Part shown: one piece after another, positions 22,831-37,631 of the stretch
How positions within the stretch are numbered: the stretch's first letter is position 1
Layout of the letters: each line of letters opens with the position of its first letter
Assembly: GCA_963762145.1 (NCBI GenBank)
Contig: CAVXJS010000009.1
Location: forward strand, 704,001 to 768,000
Source: an uncultured Candidatus Rokubacteria bacterium
GTDB lineage: Bacteria > Methylomirabilota > Methylomirabilia > Rokubacteriales > CSP1-6
Length of the DNA: 64,000 nucleotides
Direction of reading: 5' to 3'
The notes under the pieces: model-generated
The model's input: the letters and a program-made list of their open reading frames with translations, nothing else
The model's database searches: none
What the model was told of the DNA's origin: nothing
Program-made: the position numbers and the translations under genes

Positions 22831-23916
22831 CTATCGGGCGATGGGGAGGAAGCAGGAAACCGCGGTGCCGCGGCCGGGCTCGCTGACGATCTGGATCGCG
22901 CCGCGATGCTCCTCGATGATCCGGTGGCAGAGGGCCAGGCCGAGACCCAGGCCCTTGTCCTTGGTGGTGAAGAACGGGGTGAAGAGTCGGGCGCGGCTGG
23001 CCTCCGCGATGCCCTGGCCCTCGTCGAGCACCTGGATCTCGGCCATGCTGCGCTGGCCCTGCCCCACGTCCACCTTGGCGAAGAGCGGGTTCATGCTGAG
23101 CCGCGTGACCAGGGTCAGGCGCCCGCCCGCGGTCATCGCCTCCACCGCGTTGCGGACCAGGTTGTGGAAGACCTGCAGGATGCGGTCCTCGTCGGCCAGG
23201 ATCGCGGGCAGGCTCGGGTCGTAGCGCCGTAGGATCTGCACCCCGTGCTGGGCCGCCATCTCCTCGGACAGGAGCGCCACGCGCTCGAGGAGCTGGTGCA
23301 GGTTGAGCGGGACCAGACGCAGGGTGACCGGACGGCTGATGTCGAGCAGCATCTCGATGATCCGGTTGACCCGATCCACCTCCTTGAGGAGCACGGCGGT
23401 GTACTCGCCGAGGCGGGTGTCCTCACCCATCTCGCGGGCCATGAGCTGCACCGCTCCGCGGATGGCGCCGAGCGGATTGCGGATCTCGTGGGCCAGCCCG
23501 ATCGCCATCTGGCCCACCGCGGCGAGCGTCTCGCCGCGCCGCACCTCCGACTCGAGCTGGTGGAGGCGGCTCACGTCGCGGAGCACCGCCACCGCCGCCT
23601 CCACCCCTCCGCTCCGCACCGCCAGCGGCGCGGTGACCACGCTCACGTGCACGGGGCGGCCGTCGCCGCCCTCGATCACCGCCTCCGACTCCGACCGGCT
23701 CTCGCCGGTGGCCAGCGTGTCGGTCAGGTGCCGCACCAGCGAGGTGTCCGGCGGGAAGATCTCCTTCAGCGCGCGCCCGATGGTCCGCCGGGCCGAGCGG
23801 CCGAGCAGCGATTCCGCCGCCGGGTTCCAGAGCATCACCCGCAGGGCCTCGTCCACGCCCACCACCGCGTCGGGCAGCCCGGCGATGAGGGCTTCGTAGT
23901 CGAGGCGGGGGCTCAC
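22831..23916 (-). CDS. PAS histidine kinase, NtrB-like
   Basis: PAS domain, 'LAHEIRNPL', 'DPSLP', 'FFTTK..GLGLGL'; GTG start. Confidence 0.9.
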   Translation of the reverse strand: MSPRLDYEALIAGLPDAVVGVDEALRVMLWNPAAESLLGRSARRTIGRALKEIFPPDTSLVRHLTDTLATGESRSESEAVIEGGDGRPVHVSVVTAPLAVRSGGVEAAVAVLRDVSRLHQLESEVRRGETLAAVGQMAIGLAHEIRNPLGAIRGAVQLMAREMGEDTRLGEYTAVLLKEVDRVNRIIEMLLDISRPVTLRLVPLNLHQLLERVALLSEEMAAQHGVQILRRYDPSLPAILADEDRILQVFHNLVRNAVEAMTAGGRLTLVTRLSMNPLFAKVDVGQGQRSMAEIQVLDEGQGIAEASRARLFTPFFTTKDKGLGLGLALCHRIIEEHRGAIQIVSEPGRGTAVSCFLPIAR

Positions 23917-24915
23917 GCCAGCACCAGATCGGGGACCGCGTTGAGCGAGAGCGGGGCGCGCTCGCCCGCCTCCAGCCGGTCGTGGCCGGCGGCCGCGATC
24001 ATGGCCGCATTGTCGGTGCAGAGCCGGCGCGAGGGCACGTGGAGCGCCCAGCCGCGCTCGCGGCACTCGGCCTCGAGCGCCTCCCGCAGCGCGGTGTTCG
24101 CGGCCACCCCGCCGGTGAGCACCAGCCGCCGGACCCCGGCGCGGACCGCGGCCTTCACGGTCTTGCGCACCAGCATCTTGACCGCGGTCGCCTGGAAGGA
24201 CGCGGCCACGTCGGCCACCCGCGCGGGATCGAGCGGGCCCGCGCGGCGCACGTGGAGCGAGACCGCGGTCTTGAGGCCGCTGAACGAGAAGTCGGGCGCC
24301 CCGTCGCTCATGTTGGCGGTGGGGAACACGATCGCGCGCGGGTCGCCGTCCCGCGCGACCCGCTCGATGGCGGGGCCGCCGGGGAATCCCAGGCCGAGCA
24401 GCTTGGCCACCTTGTCGAACGCCTCGCCCGCCGCGTCGTCGCGCGTCTGGCCGATGCGCTCGTAGCGCCGCGCCTCGCGCGCGAGGTAGAGCGCGGTGTG
24501 GCCGCCCGAGACGACCAGGGCGAGGAACGGGAAGGCTGGGCGGGTCGCCCTCGAGGAACGCGGCGTAGATGTGGCCCTCGAGATGGTTCACCCCGACCAG
24601 GGGCCGGCGGCGGGCATACGCGATGGCCTTGGCCGCCGAGCAGCCGATCAGGAGCGAGCCCACGAGCCCGGGGCCGTAGGTCACCGCGAGGCCGTCCACG
24701 TCGTCGAGCCGGATCGCGGCGGTCTCGAGCGCCCGGCGCACCACCGGCATCAGCACCTCGAGGTGCCGGCGCGAGGCCAGCTCCGGCACCACGCCGCCGT
24801 AGGGAGCGTGCACGTCGTCCTGAGAGGCGACGACGCTCGAGAGGATCTTGCGGCCGCCGTCCACCACGGCGGCGGCCGTCTCGTCGCAGGAGGTCTCGAT
24901 GGCGAGGACGATCAT
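23913..24915 (-). CDS. tsaD: tRNA threonylcarbamoyltransferase TsaD; apparent +1 frameshift near 24540
   Basis: 'IETSCDET', 'NHLEGH' in one frame and 'SGGHT', 'FSFSGLKT', 'TDNAAMI' in another. Confidence 0.88.
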
Positions 24916-24925
24916 GTCGGCTCGA

Positions 24926-25802
24926 TTATCGCGCGAGTTGGGAGACCGGCACCAGCCGGAGCCCGCGCGCTTCCCATCGGGGCACGTACTCCTTCAAGAG
25001 CCGTACGGTCAGCGGATGGCCGTGGGCCACCACGATCACCTCGCCCCGGCGCTCTGCCCAGCCCGCCACCTCGTCCCAGCGGGCCCGATCGCCCGCCTCC
25101 CCCCGCGCGTGGTCGACCAGGATCTGGCGGCGCGCGGCGCGGACGCCGGCGTCCCGTGCCTCGTCGAAGGCCACCGACTGGCTCGACGTGTAGGCGTCGA
25201 CCAGGAACAGGCGCCGGGCCGCCAGCACCTCGAGCACCGCGCGCATCCGTGGCCGATCCTCGGTGAGCCGTGAGCCCATGCGGTTCACCACCCCGACCGC
25301 GGGGGCGACCGTCTCCAGGTGACTGCCCACGAGCTGCTGGATCTCACCCGGGGGCATGGACATCAGCAAGGCACCCGGGCCGGGATCCATCTCCGGGAAC
25401 CGGTACGGCTCCATCGGCAGCCCCAGCAGCACCTCCATGCCCGCGCGCGACGCGTCCCGCGCGATGGCCGCCGACAGGGGCAGGGCGGGCAGCACCGCCA
25501 CCGTGAGCGGGCGCCGGATCTCGCGCAGGACATCGAACACGTCACGCCGGCTGCCGAGGTCGTCCACGATGACGGCGACCCGGGGAGCGCCCGGAGGCAG
25601 CGGCGCCGCCTCGGGGAGCGGGCGCGAGGGCGTCGGCGGGCGAGGCGGCCGGCGCGGCGGGCTTCCGGGCCGCGCGCCCGAAGAGATCGGAGCCGAACAG
25701 GCTGGCCTCGCCGCTGCGGGCCTGCCACTGATCGAGGCCGACCACCGCGATCAGCAGCAGAATGATGATGCCGGCGAGAGCCTGCCACACTCTCGCCGGC
25801 AT
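24926..25802 (-). CDS. Divergent polysaccharide deacetylase (YibQ-like); frameshifted around 25580-25660
   Basis: N-terminal TM helix, 'IVDDLG', 'LPMEP', 'NRMGS', 'HGHP'; downstream of ctpA/envC. Confidence 0.75.
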
Positions 25803-25817
25803 CGTTCCTTCGACCGC

Positions 25818-27101
25818 CTAGCGGGTCTGGGCCTGGGGTCCAGCCGGTCCCGGCCGGCCCTTGTCCAGGATCTTCATGGCCTTCAGCAGGTCGAGCGCCC
25901 GCTGGAGCTGGGGATCCCGCTTGAGCTGCTCCTGCGGCGTCTCCGACACCGGCGGGGTCGGCACCGGCGTCTCGGCGCCGGGCGCTGGCGCCGCGACCTT
26001 CGGGGCATCCACGATGATGTCAGGCGTGATGCCCTTGCCGTGGATCGAGCGGCCCTTCGGCGTGAAGTACTTCGCGGTGGTCAGCCGCAGGCCGGAGCCA
26101 TCCGAGAGCGGGATGATGGTCTGCACCGAGCCCTTGCCGAAGCTCTGGTTGCCGATCACCACCGCGCGGCCCCAGTCCTGGAGCGCACCCGCGACGATCT
26201 CGGAAGCGGAGGCGCTGCCCTGGTTGACCAGCACCACGATGGGGAAGTCGGTGAACACCCGCTTGGCGTTCGAGGAGAAGCGCATGTTCTGGTTGCGCAC
26301 GCGGCCCTCGGTGTAGACCACGAGCTTGCCCGCCTCGAGGAACTTCTCGGTGACCTCCACCGCGGAGGTGAGCAGGCCCCCCGGGTTGTTGCGCAGGTCC
26401 AGCACCAGCCCCTGGATCTTGCCTTCCTTCACGTACTTGTCGATCGAGGTCTCCAGGTCGTTGGCGGTCTGCTCCTGGAACTGGCGCAGCTTGATGTACT
26501 CGATGCCGGGCTCGAGCTGGTTGGCCCGGACCGACTGCACCCGGATCTGCTCGCGGGTGATCAAGAAGTCCTTCGGCTCCGTCCAGCCCTCACGCACGAT
26601 CGAGATCGTGATCTTGCTGCCCGGCTTGCCGCGCATGCGCTTGACCGCGTCGGAGAGCTGCATGTCCTTGGTGGTGAGGCCTTCGATCTTCAGGATGCGA
26701 TCGCCGGGCTGGATCCCCGCGCGATAGGCCGGAGTGCCCTCGATGGGGGCCACCACGGTGAGCACGTCGTCCCGCAGGGTGATCTCGATGCCGAGCCCGC
26801 CGAAGCTCCCGCTCGTCTCGACCTGCATCTCCCGGTACATCTCCGGATCCAGGAACGAGGAGTGCGGATCCAGCCCGCGGAGCGTCCCCTTGATCGCGTT
26901 GTAGATGATGTCCTTGGGCGGGACCTCGTCCACGTACTGGCTCTGCACGATCGAGAGCACCTCGGTGAAGAGACGCAGGTTCTCGTAGGTGGCCGCGGTG
27001 TCGTTGCCCTTGCTCGCCACCCCGCCTCCGAGAGACAGGGTGATGATGAGCAGCAGGGCGGAGATCATGACCACCTTCTTCATGTGCCGGATGGGCCGCA
27101 T
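25818..27101 (-). CDS. ctpA: C-terminal processing protease, S41 family
   Basis: 'LDPHS', PDZ, 'DLRNNPGG', 'SASASEI', 'GKGSVQ'; start uncertain. Confidence 0.93.
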   Translation of the reverse strand: MRPIRHMKKVVMISALLLIITLSLGGGVASKGNDTAATYENLRLFTEVLSIVQSQYVDEVPPKDIIYNAIKGTLRGLDPHSSFLDPEMYREMQVETSGSFGGLGIEITLRDDVLTVVAPIEGTPAYRAGIQPGDRILKIEGLTTKDMQLSDAVKRMRGKPGSKITISIVREGWTEPKDFLITREQIRVQSVRANQLEPGIEYIKLRQFQEQTANDLETSIDKYVKEGKIQGLVLDLRNNPGGLLTSAVEVTEKFLEAGKLVVYTEGRVRNQNMRFSSNAKRVFTDFPIVVLVNQGSASASEIVAGALQDWGRAVVIGNQSFGKGSVQTIIPLSDGSGLRLTTAKYFTPKGRSIHGKGITPDIIVDAPKVAAPAPGAETPVPTPPVSETPQEQLKRDPQLQRALDLLKAMKILDKGRPGPAGPQAQTR

Positions 27102-27156
27102 CGTGTGCTCCTCCGTAGGTACCATCGAGTTGCTACCGTCGCTTCTCTACTGTATT

Positions 27157-27186
27157 CGCTCGGCTCGCCTTCGGCTGCGCCTCGCC
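27157..27186. repeat. 30-nt dispersed repeat, copy 1
   Basis: cgctcggctcgccttcggctgcgcctcgcc, 1 mismatch to 35753-35782. Confidence 0.7.
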
Positions 27187-28421
27187 TAGCCACGTGGCCT
27201 GAGCCACTGCGTGGGATCTTGCGGCTTCCCTTCGTGCCGCACTTCGAAATACAGGCGCGGCCCCTGGAGCGAGCCGGTATCGCCGACCGTGCCGATGATC
27301 TGCCCCTGCTTCACCTCATCCCCCTCGGTGACCCGGATGTCGGCCGCGTGCGCGTACACCGTGTAGTACTCGCCGCCGTGATCCACGATGATCAGGTTGC
27401 CGTAACCCCGGAACCAGCCCGTGTAGACGACCTGGCCCGGGAACACCGCCGCGATGTTCGAGCCCTCGATGGCCTCGATGTCGATCCCGTTGCGGAACGT
27501 CTTCGTTCCGAAGCGCGGATTGACCTGGAGGCCGTACTCCGCGACGACCCGCCCGTCCGCGGGCCAGGACAGCCGCCCGCGCAGGCCCGCGAACCCCGGC
27601 CCCCCCGGGCTCGCGTCGCCCGGCGCCGGCCGCGTGGGCCGGCTCGGCGGCGGCACCTTCGCCACCGCCCGCCGCTGCTTCTCCTGCAGGTCGCGGATGA
27701 AGGCCTCGAGCCGGCGGGTGGCCTCGGACAGCTCCCCCACCATCCGGTCGTGGTAGGCGCGCTCGCCCTGCACCTTCGCGAGCAGCGCCCGCCGCTTCGC
27801 CGCTTCCTGATCCGCCTCGGCGCGCTCGTGATCCGCCTCGGTGCGGAGTGACGCCATCTCCCGTCCGCGTGCCTCGACCCGGCTCTTCCGATCCGCCAGC
27901 ACCTCGGAGGTCACACGATACTCTCGAATCAGGCGGGCGTCCACCGAGGCCAGCGTGGTCAGGTGCCGGAGCTGCACCGCCTGCTCTACCGGGTCGGCAC
28001 CCGAGAGCACGATCGGCAGCACCCCGCCCTGCGCTTGCAGCTTGTAGAGCGCGCGCAGGCGTCGGCCCAGCACGTCCTCCTGCCCGGAGCGCCGGGACTG
28101 CAACCGTCCGATCTCACTCTGCATTTCGTTGATGTCGGCCTGGGCCTTCTTGAGCCGCCCGTCCAGGACCGCGACCTGATGGCGCTTGTCGCTGAGCCGC
28201 CGATCGATGCCTTCGAGCTCGCTCAGCACGCCCGCCTCTCGCTTGCGCGCGTCGGCCGCCTTCTGGCGCTCCTCGTGGAGGCGCTTCTGCGTCTGCTGGA
28301 GGTCGTGCTGCTTGTCGCCGATCTCGGCGCTCTCGCGCTTCGGAGCCTGGGCCAGGGCCGGTGGAACGAGCAGTGCCGTCACCACCGCCAGCAGCAGACC
28401 GAGGCACCGGAGGCGTCTCAT
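27186..28421 (-). CDS. envC: Murein hydrolase activator EnvC-like (coiled coil plus M23)
   Basis: signal peptide, long coiled coil, degenerate M23 'NGIDI', 'LYFEVR'; follows ftsEX. Confidence 0.88.
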   Translation of the reverse strand: MRRLRCLGLLLAVVTALLVPPALAQAPKRESAEIGDKQHDLQQTQKRLHEERQKAADARKREAGVLSELEGIDRRLSDKRHQVAVLDGRLKKAQADINEMQSEIGRLQSRRSGQEDVLGRRLRALYKLQAQGGVLPIVLSGADPVEQAVQLRHLTTLASVDARLIREYRVTSEVLADRKSRVEARGREMASLRTEADHERAEADQEAAKRRALLAKVQGERAYHDRMVGELSEATRRLEAFIRDLQEKQRRAVAKVPPPSRPTRPAPGDASPGGPGFAGLRGRLSWPADGRVVAEYGLQVNPRFGTKTFRNGIDIEAIEGSNIAAVFPGQVVYTGWFRGYGNLIIVDHGGEYYTVYAHAADIRVTEGDEVKQGQIIGTVGDTGSLQGPRLYFEVRHEGKPQDPTQWLRPRG

Positions 28422-29302
28422 ACCTCGGCCCGCCCGCGGGCGAGCAGCCCGCCCAGCGCTCCCAGCATGGTCCCGGCGCCGATCAGCGCGAGCGCCTGCC
28501 ACGGCGAGAGGAACGTCACCCGCTCGAGACCGAGCGTCATCGGCAGCAAGGGCTCGAGGCGCGGCACCGCGAGCGCGTACGCGATCTCGAGCGCGGCGAG
28601 CGCCATGATGGCCGCGACCAGGCCCTGGGCCATGCCCTGGAGCAGGCGCGGCGCGCGGATCACGTTCTCGGTGGCACCCACCAGCCGCATGATCTCCATC
28701 TCGTCACGGCGGAGATGCAGGACCAGGGTCGTCGCGGTGGTCACGGTGAGGATCGCGGCCACGGCCAGCACCGCGCCGATCACGAGGCCGACGCCCTGGA
28801 ACAGGCGGCGGAACTGCGCGAGCCCATCCACCCACTGGCTGCCGCCCTGCACTTCCTCCACCTCCGGCAGCGCGACGAGGCGGCCCACCAGGGCGCGGGT
28901 GCCCTCCGGGGTCGCGATGGCCGCGTCGGGCGTGACCTCGACGGAGGCGGGCAGCGGATTGCGCGGGAGCTGCTCCGCGACGTCGGCCTGGCTGCCCAGC
29001 GAGCGCTTCAGCACGCGCAGGGCCTCGGCCTTGGAGACGTAGCGCAGCCGCTGGATGCCCCCCACCGCCTCGATGCGCTCGAGGAGATCGTCGAGCTTGG
29101 CGGCCGCCGGCTCGTCCTTCAGGTACACGATGACGCGCACCCGGTCGCCCCACAGATCGATGGCCCGGCCCAGGTTGAGCGAGAGCAGCCAGAAGCCCCC
29201 GAGGGCGGTGAGCGAGAGCGCGATGAGCAGGATCGCGGCGAGGCCGATACGACCGGCGCGCCGCAGGTCGCGCATCGCCTCGTTCATGACGAAGCTGAAC
29301 AA
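28418..29302 (-). CDS. ftsX: Cell division permease FtsX
   Basis: 'NPLPAS', 'EMEIMRLVGAT'; TTG start with RBS. Confidence 0.88.
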   Translation of the reverse strand: MFSFVMNEAMRDLRRAGRIGLAAILLIALSLTALGGFWLLSLNLGRAIDLWGDRVRVIVYLKDEPAAAKLDDLLERIEAVGGIQRLRYVSKAEALRVLKRSLGSQADVAEQLPRNPLPASVEVTPDAAIATPEGTRALVGRLVALPEVEEVQGGSQWVDGLAQFRRLFQGVGLVIGAVLAVAAILTVTTATTLVLHLRRDEMEIMRLVGATENVIRAPRLLQGMAQGLVAAIMALAALEIAYALAVPRLEPLLPMTLGLERVTFLSPWQALALIGAGTMLGALGGLLARGRAEV

Positions 29303-29429
29303 GACCCTAACTCCCTCTTCAGCCTCAACATGGCCAAGCGATGCAGGGCGAGCTTCCGCCAAAGGTGAGGCGAGCGAATCAAAAATCGACCGTGGGCCAT
29401 CTCGCTCGCGGCGACCCGAAGCGCCCGGC

Positions 29430-30101
29430 TCATCCTTCGTCCTTCACCAGGCGCCCGCCCTCCAGTTTCAGGGTCCGGCGCCTGAGCTGCGGCACGAGGC
29501 GGGCCTGGTGGGTCGCGAAGAGCACCGTGGTCCCGCGACTCCAGATGTCCTTGACCAGCGCCATGATCTCGTTGGCCATCTCGTCGTCCAGGTTGCCGGT
29601 GGGCTCGTCGGCCAGGAGCAGCCCCGGCGACTTGACGATGGCCCGCGCGAGCGAAGCCCGCTGCGCCTCTCCCTGGGACAGCTGGTTGGGGAAGGCCTGA
29701 GCCCGCGCGGAGAGTCCCACCGCCTTGAGCGCGGCGAAGGCCTTGGGCGTGATGTCGCGGCGGGGCGTCCCCAGGACGCGAAGCACGAAGGCCACGTTCT
29801 CGAAGACGGTGCGCCCGGCCAGCAGCTTCGAGTCCTGGAACACGATGCCGATCGACCGCCGCAGGCGCGGGATCTCGGACCGTCTGAGGGCCCCGACGTC
29901 GAAGCCGGCCACGTCGACGTCCCCTTCCGAGGGCACCTCGGCCGCGTAGAGGAGCCGGAGCAACGTGGTCTTGCCGGCGCCGCTGGCGCCGCTCAGGACG
30001 ACGAACTCACCCTTGGCGATGTGGAAGGACACGTCATTGAGGGCGGCCACGCGGGAGGGGCCGCCACCGAAGACCATCGACACGTGCTGCAGCCGAATCA
30101 T
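29430..30101 (-). CDS. ftsE: Cell division ATP-binding protein FtsE
   Basis: Walker A 'GASGAGKT', 'VFQDSKLL', 'ADEPTGNLD'. Confidence 0.9.
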   Translation of the reverse strand: MIRLQHVSMVFGGGPSRVAALNDVSFHIAKGEFVVLSGASGAGKTTLLRLLYAAEVPSEGDVDVAGFDVGALRRSEIPRLRRSIGIVFQDSKLLAGRTVFENVAFVLRVLGTPRRDITPKAFAALKAVGLSARAQAFPNQLSQGEAQRASLARAIVKSPGLLLADEPTGNLDDEMANEIMALVKDIWSRGTTVLFATHQARLVPQLRRRTLKLEGGRLVKDEG

Positions 30102-30124
30102 GGGCTGCACATCATTCTATCTAA

Positions 30125-31580
30125 CTATTGGACCTTTCGTATTTTTTCCTCCAACAACCGGTTCACCACGGCCGGATTGGCCTTCCCCTGGGTGGATTTC
30201 ATCACCTGGCCCACCAGAAAGCCCAGCGCGGCCTTCTTTCCGGCCCGAAAATCGTCCACCACCTTGGCGTGCTCCCCCAGCACCCGGTCCACCGCGGCGC
30301 CCAGGGCGCCCTCGTCGGCCACCTGGGTGAGCCCCTCCCGGCTCACGATCGCCTGGGCGGTATCGCCCGAGCGGTACATCTTCTCGAACACGTCCTTGGC
30401 GATCTTGCCGCTGATGGTGCCGTCGTCCATCAGGGCCAGCAGCCCGACCAGATGGGCGGGCGGGATCGGGCACGCCGCCACCGCGCGGTCGTCGTCTCCG
30501 GGCAGCTCGCGCAGCAGCTCGTTCAGCACCCAGTTGGCCACCACCTTCGGCTTGCCGCCGCCACGCACGGCCTCCTCGAAGTAGTCCGCGAGCCCCCGAC
30601 CCTGGGTCAGCAGGTCGGCCTCGTAGGGGGAGAGCGCGTAGGCGCTCTGGAACCGGAGCCGGCGGGCCGCCGGCAGCTCGGGGAGCTGCGCGCGCACCTC
30701 GTCCACCCAGCCCGCCCGGAGATCCAGCGGGGGCAGGTCGGGCTCGGGGAAATAGCGGTAGTCGTGCGCGAACTCCTTGGAGCGCATCGACACCGTGACG
30801 GCCCGGTCCGGATCCCAGAGCCGCGTCTCCTGGACGATGCGCTCCCCGGTCTCGAGCGCGCGCGCCTGCCGCCGGATCTCGTACTCGAGCGCGTCGCGCA
30901 CGTTGCGGAACGAGTTCATGTTCTTGATCTCGACCTTGGTGCCGTACTCGACCTGGCCGCGCGGGCGGAGCGAGATGTTGGCGTCGCAGCGGAGCGAGCC
31001 CTCCTCCATGTTGCCGTCGCACACCCGCAGGTAGATCAGGATCGCCCGCAGCGTCTTCAGGTAGGCGGCGGCCTCCTCCGGGCTCTGGAGGTCGGGCTTG
31101 GAGACGATCTCCATCAGCGGCACGCCGGCGCGGTTGAAGTCGACGCTGCTCGAGGGCGCGGTCTCGAGCGCGCCCTCGTGGACGAGCTTGCCCACGTCCT
31201 CCTCGAGGTGCAGGCGCTGGATGCCGATCTCGCGCGGTCCACTGCCCGCGTCGACCACGAGGCGCCCGTGCTCGGCGAGCGGCTCCTCGTACTGGCTGAT
31301 CTGGTAGTTCTTCGGCATGTCCGGGTAGTAGTAGTGCTTGCGCGCGAAGCGGTTCAGGCCGTTGACCGCGCAGCCGAGCGCCAGCGCGGTCATGGTGCCG
31401 AGCTCGATGGCGCGCCGGTTGATCACCGGCAGCGAGCCGGGCAATCCCAGGCAGACCGGACAGGTCTGGGTGTTCGGCGCTTCCCCGAAGGTGGCCCGGC
31501 AGCCGCAGAACATCTTGGTGACGGTGCGCGAGCTGCGCGTGCACTTCCAGGCCGATGACAGTCTCGTAGCGGTCTGTCAT
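30125..31580 (-). CDS. gatB: Glu/Asp-tRNA amidotransferase subunit B; frameshift near 31525
   Basis: 'IGLEVHAQL', 'YPDMPKNYQISQ', 'HLEED', 'YRYFPEPDL'. Confidence 0.92.
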
Positions 31581-31599
31581 GTTCGGTAGGCGGTCAGGC

Positions 31600-31672
31600 C
31601 TCTTCGCGCAAGCGGATGTTCATCGAAGCGCTCTTCGCGCAAGCGGATGTTCTAAGCCTCTTCGCGCAAGCG
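31600..31672. repeat. Three direct copies of ctcttcgcgcaagcg(gatgttc)
   Basis: copies at 31600-31621, 31631-31652 and 31658-31672 in the gatA-gatB spacer. Confidence 0.8.
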
Positions 31673-31690
31673 CTCATCGGGCCGTCGAGT

Positions 31691-33156
31691 CTAGCGCGGG
31701 CTTGCGGGTGTGCCAGGTCGGTGACCTGCTGGTAGGCGTGGGCGGCGCGCAGCAGGGTCGCCTCGTCGAAGGCGCGGCCGATGAGCTGCAGTCCGATCGG
31801 GCAGGCCGGTCTGCGGTGAAGCCGCCCGGGACCGAGATGCCGGGCAGCCCGGCCAGGTTCACCGGGATCGTGAAGATGTCGTTCAGGTACATCTGGCATC
31901 GGGTCTTCCTTCTCGCCCATCTTGAACGCCACCCCGGGCGTGGTGGGCGCCACGATCACGTCCACGCGCGCGAAGGCCTGCTCGAAGTCGCGCCGCACCA
32001 GCGTGCGCACCTTCTGGGCCTTGCCGTAGTAGGCGTCGTAGTAGCCCGGCGGAGAGCGCGTAGGTCCCCAGCATGATGCGGCGCTTGACCTCGTCGCCGA
32101 AGCCGGCCGCGCGCGTCTTGCTGTACATGTCGATCAGGTCGCGCGCGCCCGGCGCCCGCAGGCCGTACTTCACGCCGTCGTAGCGCGCGAGGTTCGACGA
32201 GGCCTCCGCGGGCGCGATGAGGTAGTACGCGGCGAGGCCGTACTCGGTGTGCGGCAGCGAGACCGGCTCGGTGCGGGCGCCGAGCTTCTCGAGCGCCGCG
32301 ATGGCCTCGCGCACCGCGCGCGTCGACCTCGGGATCCATCCCGTCGATGAAGTACTCCGCCGGCACGCCGATCCGCATGCCCTCGATCGCCCTGCCCGAG
32401 CGCGGCCCGGTAGTCGGGGACCGGCACGTCCACCGCGGTCGAGTCCATGCGGGTCGGCGCCCGCGATGACCCCCAGCAGCACCGCCGCGTCCTCCACGTC
32501 CTTGCGCGAACGGGCCGACCTGGTCGAGCGAGGACGCGAAGGCGATGACGCCGTAGCGCGAGACGCGGCCGTAGGTGGGCTTCAGGCCGAGCACGCCGCA
32601 GAAGGCGGCGGGCTGGCGGATCGAGCCGCCGGTGTCGGTGCCGAGGCTGAGCGCGGCGCAGATCGGCCGCCACCACCGCGGACGCGCCGCCCGAGGAGCC
32701 GCCGGGCACGCGGGCGAGGTCCCACGGGTTGCGCGTGGTGCCGAAGGCGGAGTGCTCGGTGGACGAGCCCATCGCGAACTCGTCCATGTTGAGCTTGCCG
32801 AGCAGGATCGCCCCCGCCGCGTCGAGCCGCGCGACCACCGTGGCGTCGTAGGGCGGCACGAAGCGGTCGAGGATCCTGCGAGTCCGCACGTGGTGCGGAT
32901 GCCGCGCGTGCAGAAGAGGTCCTTGAGCGCGACCGGCACGCCGTCCAGCGGCCCCCGCGGCGCGCCCGCCTTGAAGCGGGCGTCGGCCTCGGCGGCCCGG
33001 CGCAGCGCGTCCTCCCGGGTGACGGTGAGGAAGGCCCGCACCTGCGGATCGAGGCGGTCGATCCGGGCCAGGTACTCGCTGGTGGCCTGCGTGGGCGTGG
33101 CCGGCGCCGCTCCGGTACCGGGCCGCCAGCTCGTGCGCGGTCAGCGACGGCAGCAT
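31691..33156 (-). CDS. gatA: Glu-tRNA amidotransferase subunit A; multiple apparent frameshifts
   Basis: '[12 protein letters not shown]', 'GGSSGG', '[10 protein letters not shown]', 'SSNLARYDG', 'RRIMLGT' spread over different frames. Confidence 0.88.
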
Positions 33157-33163
33157 GCGGCGG

Positions 33164-33470
33164 CTACTCCTCGATGATCTTGGGGACGCGGAAGAGGTCG
33201 CCCTGCCGATCCGGCGCGTTGGCGAGCGCGTCGGACTGGGGCAGCGACGGGCACGGCACGTCGTCCCGCATCACGTTGGTGACGGGCACCGCGTGCGAGG
33301 TCGGCTCGACGCCCGTGGTGTCCAGCGCCCGGAGCTTGTCGATGTAGGTGAGGATGCCGTCGAGCTCGCGGGCCATCCGCTCCTTCTCGGCCGCCGACAG
33401 GTCGAGCCGGGCCAGCCGCGCCACGTGCTCGACGTCCTCGGGCCGAGATCTTCGTGCCGGAGGCCGCCAT
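33164..33470 (-). CDS. gatC: Amidotransferase subunit C; frameshift near 33440
   Basis: '[11 protein letters not shown]', 'VEPTSH', 'FRVPKII'. Confidence 0.88.
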
Positions 33471-33471
33471 C

Positions 33472-35653
<2,182 letters not shown>

Positions 35654-35691
35654 GGGAACAAACGATAACACAAGCAGGAGGGGTCGTGCCG

Positions 35692-35716
35692 CTCACCCTG
35701 CACTTTCCCCGGTGGG
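35692..35716. repeat. Degenerate CCCTCACCC-family REP
   Basis: ctcaccctgcactttccccggtggg. Confidence 0.45.
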
Positions 35717-35752
35717 CAGCGCCCGTCCAGCGGGAGCTTCCCTATCTATATC

Positions 35753-35782
35753 CGCTCGGCTCGCCTTCTGCTGCGCCTCGCC
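35753..35782. repeat. 30-nt dispersed repeat, copy 2
   Basis: cgctcggctcgccttctgctgcgcctcgcc abutting the glmS stop codon. Confidence 0.7.
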
Positions 35783-37621
<1,839 letters not shown>

Positions 37622-37631
37622 GGGCCGGCTC

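Noticed and set aside
31600-31672. Possible CRISPR mini-array
   Set aside because: Spacers are only 5-9 nt, there are three copies, and no cas genes are present.
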